A DNA stretch of 63,148 bases, filler included, from Collodictyon triciliatum (taxonomy: Eukaryota): the NCBI GenBank assembly GCA_043381765.1. It is 16 parts of 16 records of this genome, joined end to end, with 100 filler letters (N's around TTAATTAATTAA, not from the genome) between each part and the next. Parts side by side here need not be neighbours in the genome. Positions count along the whole stretch, not along the records: positions 11,568 to 15,318 come from JBHJMP010006929.1; positions 15,419 to 19,197 come from JBHJMP010006930.1; positions 19,298 to 23,045 come from JBHJMP010006931.1; 13 more parts are not named here. One strand, given 5' to 3'. The stretch's first letter is position 1, and every line of letters begins with the position of its first letter. Of the stretch, positions 11,751 through 22,860 are shown in pieces. Both the position numbers and the translations under genes were made by a program. Below the pieces are notes generated by a model. It was not told where the DNA came from. It searched no databases and saw only the letters and a program-made list of their open reading frames with translations.

Positions 11751-11984
11751 CTAGAAATTAAAGTATTTCAGCCCTATCTTCAGGTGTCTCTTGTTTTCTT
11801 CGATTCCTTGCGCAGACCCCTTGGTCATGGGCCTTTCTTCTCTTTGCTGGGGTGTCTCCCTTTGCTTTATTTGTTTATTGTAAACGCGCATCTTTGCTAG
11901 TCTGCCTTCCCTTTCTTCAGGCGACTCATTTTGCCACTTGTCTTTTTCAAGACCGCTTTCTCTCCCACATCTTATTTCCTTCAT
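11751..11984 (-). pseudogene. Fragment with ESPEEREGRL / ETPQQREER repeats, of the kind seen at the N-terminus of Helitron RepHel proteins (STPR-like)
   Basis: Two E(S/T)PxxRExR units about 23 aa apart; no Rep or helicase motifs visible. Confidence 0.35.
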
Positions 11985-12349
11985 TTAGCTCTCATTTAAA
12001 GGCCGCTTTTTATTTCCTACCCAAATATTGAGAATCAACTTGATCGTTGATCATGTCCGATCGGACGCGATGAAATGACCATTAGCTAATCTTTTTGCTC
12101 CATCAAATCGATTTGAATAGGTAGGTATGCCATTCGATAGTAAAACTTAACACATATTTCGTTAGCACAAAAAGCCGCCCATAGAATACCTCAATCCTTT
12201 CAAATAACATTAAACTTATTCACTGTTTTATACGTACTTGTTTCAAACCACTTCATTGAGGGAATGTTTCACTTATTGGTCACCAGTCGTCGGTTGATTG
12301 ATTCGTATGTACCTGAACCGGGATTTGATGATTATATTAACCACTCTAA

Positions 12350-13347
12350 CCCTGCCGAGACGACCGACGATTGAATTACAATACAGCGCATATGCAATGA
12401 GGAGGGCGGGATGGCCGTGTAGTCCATAAATTAATAAATTAAACATCTGTATCTATTGGCCCAAATTCTTGCGCTATACAAATCCCCCAAAGATGCCAAC
12501 AAGTCAAATAGAACATCCTCTCATCATCGATTCATTCATGCAGGCTATCCTTGCCGGGTAAAGATGGGTAGACGGGCGATGAGCGCGGAGTTGTGGAGTT
12601 CATAGGATGGCTCCGGTGCTCCTCGCAGCCAATATCTTTCTTATCTTGGGATGGCCGAGACTTATAGCGCTCCACGGTTGGAGCCCGTCCCCGCTGAGAA
12701 CTGAACCACGAAATGAAGTCACTATGCAAACTGGTGAGGTATTTTCCAGAGATTACACGTGATGCCGTATCCTGGCTCGGTGGGGAGCAGCCTCGTGGCT
12801 TCAGCACGACTCCTGATAGTAGTGCCTATTGCGGGAAACAACGCACCCAACAGGCATGTCCCATATGCAAACTACACGCTCAAATTTCTTGTTCTTTTGT
12901 TCTGTACAGTTTCTGCATGTGGTTTGAGGAATTCCATCAAGAACAACGAAACACACACACACACNNNNNNNNNNNNNNNNNNNNNNNNNNNNNNNNNNNN
13001 NNNNNNNNNNNNNNNNNNNNNNNNNNNNNNNNNNNNNNNNNNNNNNNNNNNNNNNNNNNNNNNNNNNNNNNNNNNNNNNNNNNNNNNNNNNNNNNNNNNN
13101 NNNNNNNNNNNNNNNNNNNNNNNNNNNNNNNNNNNNNNNNNNNNNNNNNNNNNNNNNNNNNNNNNNNNNNNNNNNNNNNNNNNNNNNNNNNNTTTTTTTT
13201 TTCCCATCCCACTCAGGCACTACTGCCAGGCAACCATTGATGGACCCAAGGATAAACTGCTCCTCATTGGGGCAACGCCTTTGTACATAAAGAGTCGAGA
13301 CAAAGCTATATGTAAACCTCGGTAACGCGAAGCCTGCGTGATCAGGG
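12350..13347 (+). mobile_element. Possible internally deleted piggyBac relic
   Basis: Degenerate Cys-rich C-terminal motif SAYCGKQRTQQACPIC...CMWFEEFH (about 12820-12940); bounded by cTAA|CCCTG (12350) and CAGGG|TTAt (13347), i.e. minimal TIRs with imperfect TTAA. Confidence 0.35.
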
Positions 13348-13594
13348 TTATCCGTTTATTCAAGTTTCGTACTCCTTTTTTCGTTCTTTTCAAGCCGGGC
13401 GGCTTCGTCAGCCGATCGTCTCACGAGTGCGACACTTTTTTTTATATTTTTTTTGCAGCAGCCGGTTGGTCGCTAACAAGTCCCGGGTTGACCCAGTCAG
13501 CCATTGTCGTCTGCAACACGCAACGTTCACTCAAAGGCATACCTGCAAACATGAGATCCGAAGACTTGAAGGCTCTTCACCATGCTGGATAACG

Positions 13595-13657
13595 GCGAAG
13601 TCTGCTTCATTTTTTTATTCTTCCTTTCAACTTTTGTGCACGCGAAGTCTGCTTCAT
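13595..13657 (-). mobile_element. 31-bp 5'-truncated retro-insertion with a 16-bp target-site duplication
   Basis: GCGAAGTCTGCTTCAT at 13595-13610 and 13642-13657 flanks an insert whose minus strand ends in AATAAAAAA. Confidence 0.6.
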
Positions 13658-14096
13658 AATAGAACATGGAAGAATATGAATTCATTGCAGCGCAGATGAA
13701 AGATTCTCTCACTCTGCGTACAGGGCATGTAACACCCTCATCGCAAAAAAGGCTAAAAATAACATGAGCATTAATAGTATGAAGAATCTAGATGAAAGGC
13801 CAAAAGGAATTTGTTTTAAAGTTCCGTATTATTATAACCATAATTTATTAGTCTGGAATTTACAGCATTTTTCTTTATGTTGCATCTTAGATACCACCAT
13901 ATTTAATTATCATAATTATTGCAGCAAGAATCGTTTTATACAATACAGGGAGATATCAGACGCAGAACACCAGGCAATGTCTTGCCTTCCCAACCACCAC
14001 ACGAGCCACACAACGCACACGAGTGACACACAGCCCAATCTGTCCACCTATATATTAAGATGGCTAGATTGTCATTCAGGCGTGAGATTAGTGGGT

Positions 14097-14131
14097 CTTT
14101 GTGGGATATTTAACTTCATCCTGTCGAAATC
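14097..14131 (+). promoter_or_regulatory. Conserved upstream TATA-like block shared by the LRR-kinase paralogues (second copy 19077-19111, minus strand)
   Basis: CTTTGTGGGATATTTAACTTCATCCTGTCGAAATC vs CTTTGCGGGATATTTAAGCTCGTCTTGTCGAAATC, each about 185 bp upstream of its ATG. Confidence 0.55.
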
Positions 14132-14314
14132 AGAGCCGCCTTTTGCTCTTCCTTCCTGCCAAAGCATGTCACTCGTTCTCGATGCGCGCTCTATTTGCTT
14201 GTGTAAGTTGTTAAGTGCGGTCGCAAAGTAAGCAAACACTATGCAAAACAGTAACGCATAACCGAATCCACTCGTCTACACAGAACTCGCCCAAACCGCC
14301 CCACTTCTGTCACA

Positions 14315-15181
14315 ATGGCCGACGAAGCTGTGCTTTTGGAAGAGGTCCGAAAAATGGCCAGGGAAGACTGTGTCGCTTCTTTAAAAAGCTCTGAGGGTCT
14401 GCAACTATATGGCAAAAAATTGACATCCGTACCGCCAGGTGTTTTCTTGTTGACTAGTCTCGCAATGCATGGTGTCTATGGCAACCCGTTATGTTTTTTT
14501 TTTATATATATTTATATTCATTTGCTATTCTAGTTTTATTAATGTTGAAGAGATACAGTGACTGACAGCAATACGTGCAGATGGAGGAGCTTCCGCCAGA
14601 AATCACAGCGCTACAAATCTGAAGGCGCTCTACATAATAAACAACATTGTAAGTATTAATATAATGAAAGCGCCGAGTGGCCTCACAGCTCTTCCAGTGT
14701 GGAACAATACATCAAACGCAGACTACACGCACATTCGTGCTGTGCAGCTGTTCGACCCCGTAAGCAGACATCGCCCCAGCCTTTCCCCAAATCCCCCGCT
14801 CAACAACAGGCTTTTACATGTCATCGCCTGCCTTCACTCCAAGAAGATATCCCACTATAAACCACCGCAGCACCCAGCCGCCTGTCCCCTCAGCAAGTAC
14901 GCCGACCTGCTGAGACGGACTTTGAGAAGCGGGAGAACATCCTGTGCAGGGGCGGCTTCAGGTTGGTCTTCAAGGTGTAGCTTAAGGCAGGTCTCTTCGC
15001 TGTGAAGCATGTTGCGATCGCATCTCATCCTATAACACCCAAACATCCTGACTCTCTACAACTTTGGAGTTTGCGGACGGCGAGGAGCTCTGCTTGTTTG
15101 TCAAAAGTATGAAGCACTAGGAACTGAGCTTAGCTGACCAGACCATCAGATACGTGATGCACATCATCTACGGCCTTGTAC
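14315..15181 (+). pseudogene. LRR-kinase pseudogene, paralogue of the gene at 16987-18892
   Basis: LLEEVRKM..LTSVPPGVFLLTSL..GNP|MEELPPEITAL..KAPSGLTALPVWNN..QLFDP| followed by frameshifted kinase remnants (DFEKRENIL, HPNILTLYNFG, HIIYGLV). Confidence 0.85.
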
Positions 15182-15318
15182 GCACTCAGACACCTGGGTA
15201 TAATGTTTGGAAGCGGCTTCACAGAAAAGTGGGACAAGCTGGTCAACAATATCAAGTCCATAATCGCCTCTTGGAAAAGATTCCATCTTTCAGACATTGG
15301 AAAAGCGAGGCTATGGAA
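15182..15318 (+). mobile_element. L1/Tx1-like non-LTR retrotransposon ORF2 fragment (RT thumb and downstream) inserted into the kinase pseudogene
   Basis: RHLGIMFG...WDKLVNNIKSIIASWKRFHLSDIGKARL matches the YLGI...W...W...LS..GK..L signature of L1-clade ORF2. Confidence 0.7.
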
Positions 15319-15830
15319 NNNNNNNNNNNNNNNNNNNNNNNNNNNNNNNNNNNNNNNNNNNNTTAATTAATTAANNNNNNNNNNNNNNNNNNNNNNNNNN
15401 NNNNNNNNNNNNNNNNNNGAGAGTGCTGATTTACGAAGGCAAGAAATCCTGATAGGATGCGCAAAAGGTGAAACTGTACTTATCCCAAGGATACTTCTGA
15501 TATATTTAATATACCAGTTCCACTTACAAGGGCAGCATTTCTTCGATAATGCGTATTACATGCCCATAAACCAATTCCATGGTCCGTCATCAAAAAGGGT
15601 TGTGCAAAGCAATCTCGAAGAAACTCTCGCTTTCACCGCGGTCGTTGATAAGCCAGACGGCTGGGTATTAGGAACCTTATTTGCCCCAACATATTAGCGC
15701 TGGAAAAAAAAAAGAAAAATACTTTTAAGCAAAGTACTCTAATGTGTGATGAAGGGGTATCCAGCAAAATCTATTTTAAAGTGTTAATACAGGGTTCGGA
15801 TTTGATAAAATATGGATTGAAAAACAAGGA

Positions 15831-16075
15831 TTTTTTTTTTCCTTTATTCGATTCAAAGTGTAGCGAGGTTATGCCATACAAAGGGGCGGGATGGCAGCGC
15901 ATGGGAGAGAGCAAACGCGAGTAGGAGAAGACACTACTGTGAAGAGGCTAGCACTGGAAAGAAATCAGTGATAGCGAGTTGGTCAGGTGGGCGTCCCAAC
16001 TGGTTGATTGGTTGCGTGCGTAGCTGGGGTTGGATATGTTGTGGGAGATATCGCATGACACATTCTCACATCTCT
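15831..16075 (-). mobile_element. 3' end of a LINE family (copy A)
   Basis: Homologous to 30007-30313 (+) and 49250-49530 (-); ends CACTTTGAATCGAATAAAGG followed by A10. Confidence 0.8.
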
Positions 16076-16986
16076 TGTTGTCTTATTTTAATATATATTT
16101 GTATTATTATCATAAATTATACTTATTATTTAATTAATCGCACAAATAATAATATGTAATGATAAAATAAGTATATTCCGGATTAGGATATTTTGGATAT
16201 ATTCATTGAATTCTTTATTCTGTGTATTATGACAAAAGAAGTAAATCTCCAAAACTTTCAATTCATTGAATATAAACCAATTGGACGAAAAGTTCATGTA
16301 GTCAATTCCAAATTGGGATGGGATTTCTGTCACAATTTTCGAACCATTCAAAGAAAATTACCCAAAAAATTACACCAGATTAAGGCCAATATAGGCAATC
16401 TGTCAACTTGGCAATTATAGCGATTTTATGTAAGTCGCTTGCTATCTATACTATTTTCTTAGCGCACAAGAGAAGCCGACTTTTTTTTTCAATTGAACTG
16501 CAGCATTTTCGGGTCTGTGCAAAGGTGATTCTGTGTCGCATTTGTAATTGGAACATTCAATGACGGTGCACCATAAGTAAAATAATCATAAAGTTGGTAG
16601 TTATTGATATCTATATTAAAATATAGTAAAATAATTGATATCAATATCTATCATAATTATAAATGATCTTGTCAATTTATTATCCACTTTTGTATAAATG
16701 ACACCAATGTAACGACTTCCCGTTCCGTGAAAACGGATTTCAGTTACACGCACCACAGGCTCGCGGAAGAATCAGCTTTTTTTTCCTGCGATGCAAGCAA
16801 TCAACAAAACCAGCAAACGATTACTTTTTTCTTTTTCTCAAGAAGACGAAAGAGCGGAGCAGAGAATAGTTTTGTTTTTCCTTTATTCAGTTGCGGATGC
16901 GATAGGGATGAGTGGGGATTGGGACTAACAAAGGGTCAAGCGAATGCTACAAAACCCATGAAATGAACGAGGGAGTGGGGCGGTGA

Positions 16987-18892
16987 TTAGGTGCGGCTGG
17001 CCTCCTCGATAAGCTTCAGGGCGGTTCGTATCTGGACGTTTTTCAGGTCCGGAACAAGCTCCTTCAAGTCCGCCTCGGTCAGGGCGACAAACTCAGCGCC
17101 AGTGAGCGGGGTTTCCTGGCAAACCTGAATGAGCCTCGGATTGGCGTTTTTCTCCTCTAGATAAGCTGTCAGTCTCTGGACGTTCATATCTTTGACGGAG
17201 CCCATCCTCGGTGTGGCCGGGACAGCAGCGGGATTGGAGATGATGCCCTTGAGCACGGCCTCGACCTGCTGGGTATTGATGCGAGTCTCGTAGTCTCTTT
17301 CCCAGCACTTGTGGATAAGGGCTGCGAGGTTAGAAGGACAGGTTGTAGGGATAGAGAGAGTTTTGCCGTTGGTCACACAGGCGCCAACCTGGCCGTCCGT
17401 CATGCCCTCGTACGGATACTCACCGCTCGCCATGGACCAGAGCACCACGCCGTACGAGTAGACGTCGCTGGGCAGCCCCATGCTCTTGCCGATCTCGAAG
17501 GCCTCGGGCGGAGACCAGTTCTTGGAGCCGCCGAACTTGCTTACCGAGTTGACCGAGACGCCGCTCTTTGCAAGGCCGAAGTCGGTCAGCTTGGCGACGC
17601 CGTTCACAAGCAGGACGTTCTCGGTCTTGAGGTCGCGGTGCTGGATGGGCCTTGGCCGCGTGTGCAGGTAGACGAGGCCCTGGATGATGTGCAGCCCGTA
17701 CTTGAGGGTCAGGTCGAGGCTGAGTGCCCCTTGCTTCTTGACCAGTGAGCAGAGCTCTCCGCCGTCTGCAAACTCCATCACGAGGAGCAGGTCCCTGCCG
17801 CGGAAGCCAAAGTCGAAGAGCGTCAGGATGTTTGGGTGCTGCAGCTCGAGCATCATGTCGCCCTCCTTCTCCGGGCCGGAGCCATCAGCGGCGGTGAGCA
17901 GAGACGCGTTCCCAACAAGCTTCACGGCGAAGAGGCCTGCCTTCAGCTGCACCTTGAAGACCATCCCGAAGCCGCCCTTGCCCAGGATGTTTTCTTTCTT
18001 CTCAAAGTCCATTGTCAGGAGATCGGCGTAGTTGCCGCGGGCCAGGCGGCTGGTTGGGGCGGCGTAGATGCCCGACTGGATGTTGGGACTGGCTACGACC
18101 TGTGTTGGTGGAGGGTGTGGGTGTCAGGTAAGTCTGTTAGCTTTTCTGGTTTCAGCTGCGGTGTCGACCTACGGTTAGGTTATGTCCTGTGTTGTGTATG
18201 TGGGAGTTGGGGGTGGATGTGTGCTTACGGGGTCGTAGAGCTGCAGCTTTCGGAGCGCGTCGGCAAAGTTCAGTGTCATACCAGACCAAGGTTTCTCTGT
18301 GTTGTTCCAGCAGGGGAGATTTGAGATGCCACGCGGGGCTCTCTTTATGGTTTGTGTGCCCTCCCATTCGATGAGGAGTGTTTTCAGATTTGTGAGCGCT
18401 GTGATCTGTGCTGGAAGCTCCTCCATCTGAGTGTATTGTTGTCAGTCATTTTCTATTAAACATAAATAGTAATATAATATATGAATAATATCATACCGGA
18501 TTTCTACGAACACTAAGATATGTGAGACCAGTCAAACATGATATTTGTGCAGGTAGCGATGACAGCTGATTGCCATAAACATAAAGTTCTATGAGACCAG
18601 TCAAACACGATATCTGTGCAGGTAGTGATGACAGCTGATTCTCATAAACATAAAGTTGTATGAGACCAGTCAAACACGATATTTGTGCAGGCAGTGATGA
18701 CAACTGATTGTCATCAAGATACAACTGTTTCAGACCAGTCAACAAAAAAACACCAGGCGGCACAGATGACAGATTCTTTTCACTGAGATCCAGAGATGTG
18801 GAGCTTTTTAGAGTGGCAATTGGTTTCCTTGAGAGTTTCCGGACTTCTTCCAAAAGCGCATCCACTTGGGCAGGTGTGAGACAGTCGGACAT
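16987..18892 (-). CDS. LRR - protein kinase (TKL-like) - SAM protein; exons 18892-18497, 18426-18229, 18099-16987
   Basis: 23-aa LRRs LTGLxxLYxxxNQLSSLPAQISC; kinase motifs GKGGFG, AVK, HRDLKTEN, DFG, PPE, SDVYSYG; C-terminal SAM-like LTGAEFVALTEADLKEL; phase-0 GT-AG introns. Confidence 0.9.
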
Positions 18893-19297
18893 CTGGACGG
18901 ATTCTGGCTGTATATGTAGGTAGACTGGCTGCGTGTCAATACAATACACATCATTTATTTGTTTTATGAGTCGACTTAACAATCACACAGGACAGAACTA
19001 CTCGAGTAAGGACGGTGGGGTTGTGCACTTGGAGATCAGAAAGTACTTTGAGAGTGAATAAGAAAGAAAAGAGGAGGATTTCGACAAGACGAGCTTAAAT
19101 ATCCCGCAAAGGCCGGCGAATTTTTCCAAGAAGACGACTTGTGCAGAACTTGTGTGCTTGTGCTTCCTTGGAAATTCACCGGTTCGGGGTTGGCCACNNN
19201 NNNNNNNNNNNNNNNNNNNNNNNNNNNNNNNNNNNNNNNNNTTAATTAATTAANNNNNNNNNNNNNNNNNNNNNNNNNNNNNNNNNNNNNNNNNNNN

Positions 19298-20860
19298 AAG
19301 CGACAACGCGCATTCCAGCACAAGCCTTTGCAGTGGGTGACGCTCTCAGGGTTCTTTGCTGCTTTCTTTTTCAGCCTCGAGACCGTCTTTATGAACTCGC
19401 TAGATGATGACATCAGCACAATTCCCAACGCGGTGTGTCTGATTCAAGGTTATTTATACAAGAAAATATGATGTCTAAAATACAAGGCTCGTTATGCGTG
19501 CACCATTGCTTCATAAGGGACAGCACCGATATTTCCATCTGCTTTATTGTTTTTTTTAGGTTTGATAAAAAATGAATCGATAACTTAATAAATAATATAT
19601 ACCAAACAGCGACCGGAATACAATTTTTCTACATATCGCTATGTCTTTGGGTATCAGTCGTGGCATATTCGTCATATTTGCTTCTTATTAGAGAAGTGGA
19701 AGATGTAAGACACTTTTGTAATTTTAATATAGGATGCCTTTTTCTCCTTTTACGTTATCTTGGATACTTGATGTTTTATCGCTTTACGATTGCGATTTAA
19801 GTTTCATATACACGGATATGTGCATGAGCATGCGTGGTCTTTATTTTAGCAAGTACTATTGATGTTTATATATGTTCATAGTTAACACCGTACAATAAGT
19901 ACTTTTTTGGAATCGCTTGGGGCATTCCTGCATTTACATGCATCGCACTCGGAGCTACTGACGGCCTTGGAGAAACAGAGATATGGTATATGTGAATTTT
20001 ATTATACATTATAAACTCTTCGATACATCAAAATATAAATAGACTAACTGTAACACATGAACAAACAAACAAACAAACAAACAAACAAACAAACAAACAA
20101 ACAAACAAACAAACAAACAAACAAACAAACAAACAAATAAATAATAAATAAATGGAAAGCCATAGGCATAAGAACGGATGCTTAATATTGTCTTTGACAG
20201 GTGCTGGATAAAGAGCGATGTCGAATACTTTCGATTCCTTTTTTTCTACGGGATTCTCATGCTTGCGTGTATTTTCGACATCATCATATATGTTTTAGTA
20301 AATCGAAAGTTAAAGTCCTTGATAAGTGACAGTGTTAGTAGCTTTATTATACAAAAAAATACATATATTATCAATCAATCGAAGGTTTCTATGAGAGAGG
20401 GAGATATTATATCATCTCGTTAAGGAAATATATCAAATTTTAAGATAAAAGATAATGGATTTCGGATTGGAATAGGATGGATACTCGTCTCAATCATCAG
20501 GAACAGCCTCCGCTGCCATTCTACCTTGCAACTTCATGAACCCATATTTTTTGAAACTGTCAGTTCGTGTCTCACGAAGAATACAAATGATTATTATAAC
20601 TTTCTTGGCTTCCTGGATTTGGGGTATTATGAATCGCTTCCAGAATCTGGTTGACCCTGGTAATCCTGTTGTAAGTCTTCACCTTCATGATATGAGCTAC
20701 GACTGATTATGCCGATTCTTCAATTCATTTATTTGACTGGTATTGTTGAAAATTTGCTGCAGTTCTTCTTTTACTTGATGCACAGTATTGGTGCTCCTCT
20801 GATTGGTTTCTCGAATTGTGTTATATATGGGTGGAATCGTGATACACGCAAGAGGTTGCG
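19298..20860 (+). CDS. cAMP-receptor-like (CAR/GCR1-type) 7TM GPCR, multi-exon, 5' off contig, short last exon uncertain
   Basis: Spliced: CLIQATGIQFFYISLCLWVSVVAY..AWGIP..WCWI..FRFLFFYG..SWIWGIMNRF..PLIGFSNCVIYGWN, the typical CxxQ/QFF, WCWI and GFxNxxxYG motifs. Confidence 0.85.
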
Positions 20861-20881
20861 GTAGGCTATTGCTATTGCTAC

Positions 20882-20981
<100 letters not shown>

Positions 20982-22099
20982 TATGCCATAATTTCGAGAC
21001 TAAGTAGTGTCTTGCCATCGCTAATATATTAGACACTTGTTTTATGGAAGCTCAGACTTTGATGCATCGGTTTGTCTTGTTTTTGGAAAACATTTGTCAT
21101 GATCATTTTTATTTTATTATCGCTCATTCCGGATTATTGAAAACATATTATCTTAAAATTCTTTCTTTTCTGTAGTTAATTGTTTCTGCATAATTTCGAT
21201 GTTGAATGCCCAGCTCTGAAAAATCTGCGGCTGTGCATGCACCTTTTGAGTGAGAGCAATGTTTTATATGAGCTGGCGGGCTTGGGACTTAATGGTATCC
21301 CATTACGCTTTCACCCCTGCTCTTTGCTATTATGATATGTTTTTATGGTTCAAATAAATGTCTCGGCGTTGCCCATAAAAACAGAACAAAGATGGATATA
21401 CATAAATTCTTCTAAAGAAAAGAAGCCTTCGTCTGGAAAGGCATTACATGAAGATTCACGTGGTCACATTTTTCAATTTTATGTTATGAATTCTTCGGCT
21501 GTGTTGATGTTTCTTTTAAGTATATGCTTAATATACCCTTGATATGAGCAGTTATCTCAAAGTTTCTTTCTCTCAAAACTTTTATGCTCTTCAATCATGA
21601 TTATCGTTACCCAGAATATCATTCGATGTTGCATAGAACAATTTCATAGAAACAGATGCTTCCATTAGATTTTTATACATGAAAAATTCATCATATCTCC
21701 ACGTGGCAAAAGGTATACTCATTCTTGATTTTAATTCGGCATGGAAAATTTGTCGGATATTTGTATTCTGGTCGAAAAAGAAGAGTGTAGAATAGCAAGT
21801 CTTAAGTCACTCATATCCTAAAAAAAAAAAAAAAAAGAATCAACATCAGCATATTGATCCATTAATATGCAGTTTTAAGAAAACAAAGGCCCAGACAGCG
21901 TCGTTTTGCAGCGCATAGTGGCTTTTGAAACCCTTCCTCTTTCTTTCCCATCCGGACTCTGAAGGAAAGAATACATTTAATTTGATACGAACACAATATG
22001 TGATAATATAGGTATTACATATAGAGCTCTTCGATCAACAAAAGAATAAAATCATCTCGAGGTTTTGGAGTCAAGTATCGACACATATAATGATGGGAA

Positions 22100-22860
22100 G
22101 TATTTACTGACATAGAGTTGGGATTTTTAAAGAAACGTTCATTTTAAAAGTTTCGCCCACGTGATTTTTCCAGCCACGATAACATTTTGGAAGGGCTGAA
22201 TCAATCCGCTCGACTGTTTTCTTCGAGGTCTTTGTATTTTGTCTTCTGTCATAAGAATAAATGAAATCATGGTGAATAACACCGAACTTCTATTGAATAC
22301 TGTAAGATTACCAAATACTGAAATCATCTTCAATGTAAGGTGCAGTGTGCACAATATATATTACCGCCTTCCGGCCACTCTATCTTGCCATCTCTAGCAA
22401 CGATGTCACCACACTCCTCTTTTTTTATAGTGATTTTACCGATGGGAACTTAAGTTCGAATTCATTAGCATTAAAATACACAGTCAGCACCAACAAAGTT
22501 ATTGGGAAGCCAAATGAAGTGGCCTTCAGCTCCAAAACAGCTTGAAGTGTTAATTCGTATCCTGTAACAACCATCGCCTGCACAGAGATAGTGATGATGT
22601 TTGTCAGCAACCACTCCATTTGATATTCTGCCATGCAGGTGATTGCAAGTGATTTCGGGGAAGGATTTTAGAGCTTAAGGTTTTAGTGATTCCGCCCGTA
22701 GTTTTGTACCCTTTTATCCAACCGGGCAACCTTAAAAAAACACACTAATTCGTTCACCTGAAAGGCACTGTTTTAGGATTGTGAAAGTGCAGCAGCTCCA
22801 CCGAACCAGTCTGTCTTCTTTGATGGCATCCCAAGCCCCGAATAACAACGAAAGGTTTTT
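22100..22860 (-). pseudogene. Degenerate coding remnant, homologous to about 24880-25110; possibly Crinkler-like REase domain
   Basis: Shares ATATTCTGCCATGCAGG and AGCACCAACA at matching spacing with contig 7; minus-strand peptide LPNNFVGADCVF...SIQ*K. Confidence 0.25.

Noticed and set aside
22570-22645. HRD...LIFCHAG on the plus strand as a PhyH dioxygenase or phosphoesterase, and PLHLAS on the minus strand as an ankyrin
   Set aside because: Isolated short matches bounded by stops with wrong spacing; cannot be supported
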